Below the pieces are notes generated by a model. It did not search any database. It worked only from the letters and a program-made list of their open reading frames with translations, and was not told where the DNA came from. The position numbers and the translations under genes are program-made. A stretch of 64,000 bases of DNA from Eubacteriales bacterium (GTDB taxonomy: Bacteria; Bacillota; Clostridia; Oscillospirales; QAKW01): assembly GCA_045603925.1 (NCBI GenBank), contig JAZUNB010000057.1, positions 123 through 64,122 on the forward strand, written 5' to 3'. Each line of letters starts with the position of its first letter. Position 1 is the stretch's first letter. Positions 57,626 through 64,000 of the stretch are shown piece after piece.

Positions 57626-58693
57626 ATGTGGATGTATTTATTACTTGCCGCCGGTATCTTTATGGGCTGGTCTCTGGGCACCAATGATGCGGCAAACGCT
57701 TTCGGTACCGCGGTAGCCACCCGCGTGGTGAAATACCGCACCGCCGTTACGATCATCGCCGTCCTGGTGATGGTGGGCGCCTTCTTAAACGGTGCCAACA
57801 ATATTGACAAGCTGGCTTCTCTTTCTGCCAACAATGCAGTGTCCTCCTCCGCCGAGGAGGTGCAGGAGGCCATCGCCAACGGAACCCTGGGCGCCATGAA
57901 GCTGAAATCGGCCTTGAAGGCCTTCATCATCTTCACCTGTGCGGCTGTAACCGTTTTTATCATGAGCTATCTGAAGTTCCCTGTTTCCGCTAACCAATCC
58001 ATTGTGGGCGCGGTGATCGGCTGGGGTCTCTGCTATGCGGATTATTCCAATCCCATCGTATTGAAGTCCAACCTGACGGAGCTTCTGGAGTTTGCCTCCA
58101 CCTGGCTGCTCTGCCCCCTGGGCGCGGCCATTATCTCCTTTGTTCTGGTCTTCTTTACCAAACGGTTTATTGAAGACCGACTGACCACCTTGGGCAGCTA
58201 CGATACCATCATCAAGATCGGCTATCTGGTTGCCGGCGCCTTTGCTTCCTACAGCATCGGGCAAAACAGCTCCGCCAGCGTGACCGCGTTCTATTACGAT
58301 CCCACCGGTCTTGGCGCCAACCTTTTGACCAATGCAAGAGTAGCCGCCGTTTTGGGCGGTGCCGCCATTGCACTGGGTGTACTTACTTATTCCAAGAAGG
58401 TTATGATGACCGTCGGCACCAGCATCGCCGATATCAGCCAGGTAGACGGCTTTGTGGTCATCATCGCCATGTCCCTGACCATCATCATCATGGGTAAGTG
58501 GATGGGGATCCCCGTTTCCACCTCTCAGGCGGTGGTCGGCGCAGTAATGGGCGCAGGCCTGGTGAAGGGCATCAAGCATGTTCGCTTCGGCGTATTCAAG
58601 AATATCGCCATTGCCTGGGTCAGCTCCCCTGTTTCCGCAGGCTTGCTTACCTATCTGGTTGCTCTGGTAACCAAGGGCTACTTCGGCGCATAA
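57626..58693 (+). CDS. pit: inorganic phosphate transporter, PiT family
   Basis: GTNDAANAFGTAV signature; polytopic. Confidence 0.92.
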   Translation: MWMYLLLAAGIFMGWSLGTNDAANAFGTAVATRVVKYRTAVTIIAVLVMVGAFLNGANNIDKLASLSANNAVSSSAEEVQEAIANGTLGAMKLKSALKAFIIFTCAAVTVFIMSYLKFPVSANQSIVGAVIGWGLCYADYSNPIVLKSNLTELLEFASTWLLCPLGAAIISFVLVFFTKRFIEDRLTTLGSYDTIIKIGYLVAGAFASYSIGQNSSASVTAFYYDPTGLGANLLTNARVAAVLGGAAIALGVLTYSKKVMMTVGTSIADISQVDGFVVIIAMSLTIIIMGKWMGIPVSTSQAVVGAVMGAGLVKGIKHVRFGVFKNIAIAWVSSPVSAGLLTYLVALVTKGYFGA

Positions 58694-58710
58694 GCTCCAT
58701 ATAAAAAACA

Positions 58711-58744
58711 AAAAATACGGAAGGCTCAGCCTTCCGTATTTTTT
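58711..58744. terminator. bidirectional terminator at the left edge of the AT-rich islet
   Basis: A-run, ATACGGAAGG-ctcag-CCTTCCGTAT, T-run. Confidence 0.8.
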
Positions 58745-59669
58745 ATGCCACAAATCCTTTTCGCATCAGATTCCAAAAGTTATTGCTTACCGTCATACCG
58801 GTATAGAAAACATACTCGCCATTTGTTTCAACAATAAAACGGTCTGTTGCGGGAAGAAATATGATCCTATTAGTCACAACACTCTTCTGATCTTTTTCAA
58901 AAGGAATAATGAGTTCTATTGGAGAATCATAATAATAAACTGCATACCATTCATTCGCTCTGGGCATTTCCTCATTAGAACTGTATGAATAAAATGAAGA
59001 AATCAATCTTCGCTCATTTGCTCGAACCAAGTTGTCAAACAGTTCATGCTTAGGCGTTATAACAATCTTTTCCCCTTTTTCATCCAATTGTAGCCAAATT
59101 TCTGTCGGCATTTCGAAAAAATTTGTTTTCTCTTCTACATCCTTTACTAACGATGAATCAGTAAGTAACGACTCTGCATATTCAATCAGCTCAATATTTA
59201 CATCAAGTCCCGTATAGATGACAGAGGGTTGCTCATTGATCACAAATTCAAAGCTACCATCTCCTGTTAAAATAAAGGATATGTTCCGCGCTGAAACAAT
59301 CGCATCTTCCAATCGCATTGGAACAGCCACCGAAACAATATCATCATAGCAATACCTCAAAATAATTTCCTCGGAATCGACTCCGACTTCATACACATAA
59401 TTACCCTGATAATAATGCGTTCTCACATCTCGTGCCCGATTGAGCTTTACCAATTCATCATATTGCGAATCGGTTTGTAGCAATGTAATCATTTTTCCTT
59501 TCGAAAAAAGTTCTATGCGATCCGGGGAATCAAATATCCCTACATTTTCGTATGCATTGATTGTTGGTGAATTACTCAAAAAGTAGTAAAGCAAATATGC
59601 ACCAGTAATACCAATGATCAATATGATTCCAATACACAGGTATTTTATATTTTTTTTATTCGAGCTCAT
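58743..59669 (-). CDS. membrane-anchored protein of unknown function with an internal duplication (islet gene 3)
   Basis: N-terminal anchor IKYLCIGIILIIGITGAYLLYYFL and GGAG 7 nt before the ATG. Its two halves align (e.g. SFEFVINEQPSVIYTGLDVN vs RFIVETNGEYVFYTGMTVS). Codon usage is AT-rich. Confidence 0.7.
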   Translation of the reverse strand: MSSNKKNIKYLCIGIILIIGITGAYLLYYFLSNSPTINAYENVGIFDSPDRIELFSKGKMITLLQTDSQYDELVKLNRARDVRTHYYQGNYVYEVGVDSEEIILRYCYDDIVSVAVPMRLEDAIVSARNISFILTGDGSFEFVINEQPSVIYTGLDVNIELIEYAESLLTDSSLVKDVEEKTNFFEMPTEIWLQLDEKGEKIVITPKHELFDNLVRANERRLISSFYSYSSNEEMPRANEWYAVYYYDSPIELIIPFEKDQKSVVTNRIIFLPATDRFIVETNGEYVFYTGMTVSNNFWNLMRKGFVA

Positions 59670-60465
59670 AAATATACTCCTGCATCATAGTTGTACCATC
59701 TGTTTTTCTTACTACAACAGAAAGTGCAAGATGGTATTTTCCAGCATCATTTTTTCTCAACCATGTATTATTCTCAACACGATAAGAATCGACTTCACTC
59801 TCATCATAAATAGAATAAATATGTTTCGCAACATATATTTCTATACTTTTTTCAGTCACTCCCTTGACCAAAGAATGATCAAAAGAATTAATAATTCCAT
59901 CTACCGGTGCACGACTATACATAATCTTTCCGTCTTTATTTACCGTCACACTACAAATATCCGCATAGATAAAATCTGTATCGCCTACTTTTAAAGAATA
60001 ACGAACATTATACGCCTCTTTTGCCTCATAATATTTACAAAAGTCAAATACATATCCGTTTAATTCTCCATAGAATTCAGCTATATGTGCATCGGCAATT
60101 TTTTTAGCCTGCTCCTCTGTAATTGCTGCATTTTTGGTTTTGAGGAAAGAATCGTTCGCTATATATGCGGTCAGTTTTCCCTCTTGATTAATCCAATATT
60201 CTTCATTTTCTGAAGCATAGATATCTGTATATGTATTCCGAGTAATTTGTTCTGTTTGTTTATAAGTCACCACTCTCTGTTCTTTACTTGGCAAGATTAC
60301 AGTTTTTGTTTTCAACGCATCCGCTCTTTTATATATTTCTTTAACTTCTATTGGGACTGCGCTCGAAACATCACTCATCGGAAACATTGCAAAAGTAGTG
60401 ACACTAAGTATCAAAGATAAAGCCAAAACAGCGCTCAATATAATCACAATCTTTCTTTGCTTCAT
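59656..60465 (-). CDS. signal/anchor-bearing protein of unknown function (islet gene 2)
   Basis: N-terminal hydrophobic segment IVIILSAVLALSLILSVTTFA and GGAAGGAGA before the ATG. The segment ITEEQAKKIADAHIAEFYG is reminiscent of PepSY-like domains (weak). Confidence 0.7.
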   Translation of the reverse strand: MKQRKIVIILSAVLALSLILSVTTFAMFPMSDVSSAVPIEVKEIYKRADALKTKTVILPSKEQRVVTYKQTEQITRNTYTDIYASENEEYWINQEGKLTAYIANDSFLKTKNAAITEEQAKKIADAHIAEFYGELNGYVFDFCKYYEAKEAYNVRYSLKVGDTDFIYADICSVTVNKDGKIMYSRAPVDGIINSFDHSLVKGVTEKSIEIYVAKHIYSIYDESEVDSYRVENNTWLRKNDAGKYHLALSVVVRKTDGTTMMQEYIYELE

Positions 60466-60481
60466 AAACAGGTTCTCCTTC

Positions 60482-61564
60482 CTAGTAATTATAGCCTAAA
60501 TTCAAGGCCTCCATACGGCTTGTTCCAACATATCTGTTAGCGAGACAGTCCGCATAACCCGGGCGGTTTTGCTCAATATATAAATCCGCTCTATTCATCG
60601 CATTTTCTGCATTTATTCCATTCGAACTATACTGAAAAAACTTACCTACCCATTCATTTGTCGAAGTTGTATAAATTGTTTCTTTCCACCCTACTGCAGC
60701 AAATGCTCCTTTATTTCGTGCTACATCAACTAAATTACCGTAGGTGGAATTAGTAATCCCAGTAGAACATGCCACAAACATTATTAATTTTACTTGTGAT
60801 AATTGAGATGAGGTATAATTAGAAAGCGCAACGGTGGAAGACGAATTATTTGCATACAAACTACTCTGATTTCCATTTGAGTCATATAAAAAATAAATTC
60901 CTCCATATTCATATCCATGCCCTCTCAAAACAGTGATATCAGAGGACGGAATAGAACTATAGACTACAGATGCATTATTGTGCAAATACTCGCCGGCATC
61001 AAACCCAACACTCCAAAGATAAGGCAAAGAGTAATCAGCTGTAGGTGTATTATCATTACCAGGAGAGCTGCTAGTTGAGGTGAAAATTCGCACAGTCCGA
61101 TAATCATATCGTTTCGCTCTTAACAAATATTGAGAAGAAGATGTCCCGGATACGGTATACACACGGATATAGTATGTCACCCCCGCCTTAACATTCGCTT
61201 TAATCTGTTCGTGTAGCCCTACACCTCGTTCGGAATATGCAATACACGAAAACGCCTCGTCACCGATATACAGTTCCATATCATAATCACAATTTGAAGG
61301 TATATCGCCTAACCAAAAAGTAACCATGCCTCCGGTTGAAAATGTCACTTTCCACCAATCTTCATCTGTTCCGCTAGATATCGTACCGTAATTATTATTA
61401 TCATCTGCGGTTAAATCGGCCGTCAAAGCGGTATTGTTGCTTTCACTCTCGGTTACATTTGCTGCGCTTACCTTTGGTATCGGTGCAATTGGTAACGCCA
61501 AAAACACCAACACCATAGAGACAACCACTGCCGTTTTTTTATACATTTTTTGTATTCTTTTCAT
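60482..61564 (-). CDS. secreted PPC-domain protein with a C-terminal caspase-like (clan CD-like) His/Cys domain (islet gene 1)
   Basis: The ATG at 61564 is preceded by AAGGAG. The signal peptide ends PKVSA-AN. The PPC (pre-peptidase C-terminal) pattern is ESNNTALTADL...GTISSGTDEDWWKVTF...DYDMELY...AGVTYYIRVY...YLLRA. The C-terminal domain has ITVLRGHG (His codon 60917-60919) and LIMFVACSTG (Cys codon 60767-60769). Confidence 0.7.
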   Translation of the reverse strand: MKRIQKMYKKTAVVVSMVLVFLALPIAPIPKVSAANVTESESNNTALTADLTADDNNNYGTISSGTDEDWWKVTFSTGGMVTFWLGDIPSNCDYDMELYIGDEAFSCIAYSERGVGLHEQIKANVKAGVTYYIRVYTVSGTSSSQYLLRAKRYDYRTVRIFTSTSSSPGNDNTPTADYSLPYLWSVGFDAGEYLHNNASVVYSSIPSSDITVLRGHGYEYGGIYFLYDSNGNQSSLYANNSSSTVALSNYTSSQLSQVKLIMFVACSTGITNSTYGNLVDVARNKGAFAAVGWKETIYTTSTNEWVGKFFQYSSNGINAENAMNRADLYIEQNRPGYADCLANRYVGTSRMEALNLGYNY

Positions 61565-61598
61565 TTCTTTACTCCTTAAAATTAACACGAAGCCCCAT

Positions 61599-61637
61599 AA
61601 AAAGCGTGCAGAACCAATCTATTCGGTCCTGCACGCT
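61599..61637 (-). terminator. intrinsic terminator/attenuator directly upstream of islet gene 1
   Basis: The minus strand reads AGCGTGCAGGACC-gaatagatt-GGTTCTGCACGCT (13 bp with one G-U pair), followed by TTTTTAT. Confidence 0.65.
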
Positions 61638-61728
61638 ACTTGAATAATATAATTCTCTCCATATTAAAAAAACAAATCCAGAAGCGCCATAACCGACTAG
61701 TATTCCCTCTAACACCAACCATCGTCAT
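61636..61728 (-). CDS. candidate 30-codon leader micro-ORF
   Basis: The minus strand reads AAAGGAGAGA-ATG, encoding MTMVGVRGNTSRLWRFWICFFNMERIILFK. The TAG stop (61636-61638) lies inside the 5' arm of the terminator. It is too short for the supplied ORF track. Confidence 0.3.
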   Translation of the reverse strand: MTMVGVRGNTSRLWRFWICFFNMERIILFK

Positions 61729-61892
61729 TCTCTCCTTTCTTGATCATCCTTCCAACTAAATTTATCATATCATGCTTTGTTTTAAAAATCTATTCGCACC
61801 ATTCACAAAATATCAAAACCGTTTTTAGATAAAAAAACAAAATCTCTTTTTTTGACACAAAACTATTGTATATTCCCCCACACCTATGGTAA

Positions 61893-61936
61893 AATAATAA
61901 AAGAGCGCATCGAATGTTTAACAAAAGTTCGAAGCG
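61893..61936. terminator. bidirectional terminator at the right edge of the islet
   Basis: AAAAGAGCGCaTCGAA-loop-TTCGAaGCGCTCTTTTTT. Confidence 0.7.
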
Positions 61937-61943
61937 CTCTTTT

Positions 61944-63467
61944 TTATTCATCCATTCCCAAAAAGCGGGTATTGTAATAAACCGATTTTTTCTGCAGCTC
62001 CTCATTGAGGGACTCAAAGCCGAATCGCTCGGTGAGGGTCTGCTCCTTGGAGAAGAGGTTGGTGCCCAGCCCCAATCGCTCCCCCTCGATCTCAACGCCC
62101 ATGGCGGCAAGAGTTGTGGGGAACAGGTCATAAACACCGAAAGAGCGGTTTTTAGTCTCCGCAGGCTCCGCCGCCGCATTAATCATGCAGTTATAAACGG
62201 TGCGGGTATAGTTTTCATCGATCTCTTCCAAAAATTCGGGATCCATGGTGAGATGATCCCCGCTGAGAACAACGGTGGTATTCTCATAGAAGGGCTGCTC
62301 TTGGATCCATTCGATCAAGGCCGCCACCTGCTTTGCCGAGCAGGAGAGCACATTGGCATATTGCTCCTCATACTTGCTCTCGCAAAGGGCGCATTCATAG
62401 CCATCGGGGAAATGAGTATCGGCGGTCAACATGGTGAAATTGAAAGGCTCCGATCCTGCCGCCAGGCGGGTCAGTTCCTCCTTAGCAAAGGCAAAGAGCT
62501 TTTCATCCTCAAAGCCCCACCATTCCCGATAATCCTCGGGCAGGCGCCCCTGCTCCTTTAGGGAGTTGATGTCCACGATCTCATAATTTCCGTGCTCGGT
62601 GAAATAAGATTCCCGATCGGCAAATTCCGCATCACTGCCCACCAAGAGGGTCTGATGATACCCCTCCTTTTCCAGCAGCTCGCCGATGGTGACTACCCCC
62701 GGCAGATAGGAATCCTCACCGCCGTAGTTTTTCGCGGTCAGCGGCACCTTCACCACAAGCCCCGAAGTCTGGGCCACCATGGCCGCCGCGGTCCAGGTAG
62801 TTCCCCCGAAGGAAAGGGCGCCGCCCAGATCCTCATCATGGGAGAAATTGATGTTCTCTTCCGCCAGGGCGGAAAGCTCGGGAATAAAATCAGCGGTGAT
62901 CTGCCCGCCGGCTTCCGGCTCGGCAAAGGTATTTTCCATAGACTCCAAAAAGATATAGATCAGATTGCGCTTGGTTTCGGGGAAGCGGAGCGCTACCTCA
63001 TTGGGATCGGCATAATGGGTCTTGATGAAATCCGATTCGGTGCGGGAGGCGCCGATATAGCCGAATACATTCAGCTGGGTGATAAACAGCACCAGCGCCA
63101 CCGCCAGATTAAAGATCGAAAAAGGAAGCGCGCTCTTTTTAAACCGGCCGCAAGCCTTTGTTTTGCAATAAGCGAGATAACGGTGTTTTTCTTGAAATTT
63201 TTTCTGCAATTGACCCGATAATAAATAATAGAGGAAGATCTCGGCGCCGGTCAGCACCACTCCGAAGAGCCCTACCCGAATACCGGCACTGCCCATCAGG
63301 TTGATATTGGTTCCTGCGGCAGAGGTCTTCATCTGATAAAGGATCTGATCCAGAGAAACGCAATCATATTTACTCAGCAGCCAGACCGTCCAGAGCAACA
63401 GAAAATTGCCCAGCAACAAAATAATATGAGCCGCCAAAACAGACTTGCGGATCTTTCGTTTTTTCAT
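61944..63467 (-). CDS. LTA synthase family (sulfatase-domain) membrane protein
   Basis: N-terminal TM helices followed by an extracellular sulfatase domain, with NLIYIFLESMENTF and TADTHFP motifs. Confidence 0.82.
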   Translation of the reverse strand: MKKRKIRKSVLAAHIILLLGNFLLLWTVWLLSKYDCVSLDQILYQMKTSAAGTNINLMGSAGIRVGLFGVVLTGAEIFLYYLLSGQLQKKFQEKHRYLAYCKTKACGRFKKSALPFSIFNLAVALVLFITQLNVFGYIGASRTESDFIKTHYADPNEVALRFPETKRNLIYIFLESMENTFAEPEAGGQITADFIPELSALAEENINFSHDEDLGGALSFGGTTWTAAAMVAQTSGLVVKVPLTAKNYGGEDSYLPGVVTIGELLEKEGYHQTLLVGSDAEFADRESYFTEHGNYEIVDINSLKEQGRLPEDYREWWGFEDEKLFAFAKEELTRLAAGSEPFNFTMLTADTHFPDGYECALCESKYEEQYANVLSCSAKQVAALIEWIQEQPFYENTTVVLSGDHLTMDPEFLEEIDENYTRTVYNCMINAAAEPAETKNRSFGVYDLFPTTLAAMGVEIEGERLGLGTNLFSKEQTLTERFGFESLNEELQKKSVYYNTRFLGMDE

Positions 63468-63650
63468 TCATCGATCAGCCTCCTTTCGCTATACTATTTT
63501 ATTCTTTGTAACACCGTTCGTCAATATCTTTTAAAAATTTCATAATTTGCTCACATTCAAATAAAATGTAAATTTTTTAAACTTTTAATTGACGGATAAA
63601 TACTTTATAGGTAAAATATTACTGTATTTTTTGAGAAAGGAGGATCCCCC

Positions 63651-64000
63651 ATGAAACGATCTGCCATCAGATGCTGGCTGTTTTCTGCGCTTTTATTGGT
63701 GATCATCCTTTCTTTTTCTTTTGGGCTGGCGGTGCTCAGCGAGGCCTCCGCCCAGGAGACCTTTGAGCGGTTTACCGATTTTTGGGAATCGGAGATCGCA
63801 GGGCTGGTCTTTACCAATCTCACCCTTCTTTTGGGGCTTTTGATCTTCGCTCTCTATCTGCTGACCACCAAGCTTTCGGTGGCCATCGGTCTGGTGGGGA
63901 TCCCCTATTACGCCTGCCATCTGATCAATGCCTTTAAGATCACCTTCCGCAATGAGCCCTTTTACCCCTGGGACATTTCTCTGGCAGGAGAGGCGGCCAC
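63651..64000 (+). CDS. polytopic membrane protein, probably a second LTA synthase family protein (3' end outside the window)
   Basis: GGAGGA before the ATG at 63651. The frame stays open to the window end (hand translation MKRSAIRCWLFSALLLVIILSF...RNEPFYPWDISLAGEAA). The TM-rich N terminus resembles that of its neighbour. Confidence 0.6.
   Translation, partial: MKRSAIRCWLFSALLLVIILSFSFGLAVLSEASAQETFERFTDFWESEIAGLVFTNLTLLLGLLIFALYLLTTKLSVAIGLVGIPYYACHLINAFKITFRNEPFYPWDISLAGEAA

Larger units (their letters stand above)
58746..61890. other. AT-rich genomic islet (probable horizontally acquired three-gene operon)
   Basis: The composition shifts abruptly, by eye, from GC-rich flanks to AT-rich DNA between two strong terminators. 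No mobility genes are visible. Confidence 0.6.

Noticed and set aside
56956-58753. Minus-strand ORFs of 335 and 322 aa.
   Set aside because: They are antisense to the DUF47 and PiT genes, and the PiT signature GTNDAANAFG confirms the plus-strand reading.
61790-62179. 129-aa minus-strand ORF spanning the ltaS 3' end and the islet border, and ORFs 63605-63823 and 63693-63920.
   Set aside because: They overlap better-supported genes out of frame or antisense, cross a strong terminator, and lack SD sequences.

Overview
This 64 kb window comes from a GC-rich Firmicutes/Clostridia chromosome (well above 50% G+C by eye, not computed). Gene content and order suggest an Oscillospiraceae/Ruminococcaceae-type anaerobe: yybS-gdpP-rplI-dnaB fused to tilS-hpt-ftsH, plus spo0A, glgC-glgD-glgA-glgP and perR-rubrerythrin. 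I call about 65 protein-coding genes, one lysine riboswitch, a perfect CIRCE operator, and many clean sigma-A-type promoters (TTGACA-17-TATAAT class) and intrinsic terminators. I saw no rRNA, tRNA, CRISPR array, integrase or transposase. Most of the window is housekeeping: replication and translation genes, c-di-AMP turnover, t6A genes, an amino-acid ABC transporter, an SbcCD-like YhaO/YhaN pair, Asp23/YloV, HtpG, glycogen metabolism and phosphate uptake. The unusual parts are these. (1) The left 3.7 kb is a mosaic holding the end of a giant secreted protein, a minimal membrane-tethered subtilase, a 3' remnant of spoIVB, a Phd/Doc toxin-antitoxin pair, and an XRE cassette flanked by repeated hairpins. 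(2) A 7.65 kb gene encodes a 2550-aa vWA/isopeptide-repeat surface adhesin with an SPxTG-type sorting signal, and it appears co-transcribed with a TetR regulator whose promoter carries a perfect palindrome. (3) The Spo0A homologue has an intact DNA-binding domain but a receiver domain lacking key phosphorylation residues. With the spoIVB remnant, this suggests decay or rewiring of sporulation. (4) A conspicuously AT-rich three-gene islet (58.7-61.9 kb) sits between pit and an LTA-synthase gene. It encodes a secreted PPC-domain protein with a caspase-like His/Cys dyad plus two membrane-anchored proteins of unknown function, preceded by a leader micro-ORF whose stop codon sits inside an intrinsic terminator. 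This islet is my best candidate for an undescribed system. All functional calls come from motif recognition by eye and recalled family consensus; no searches or computations were run.
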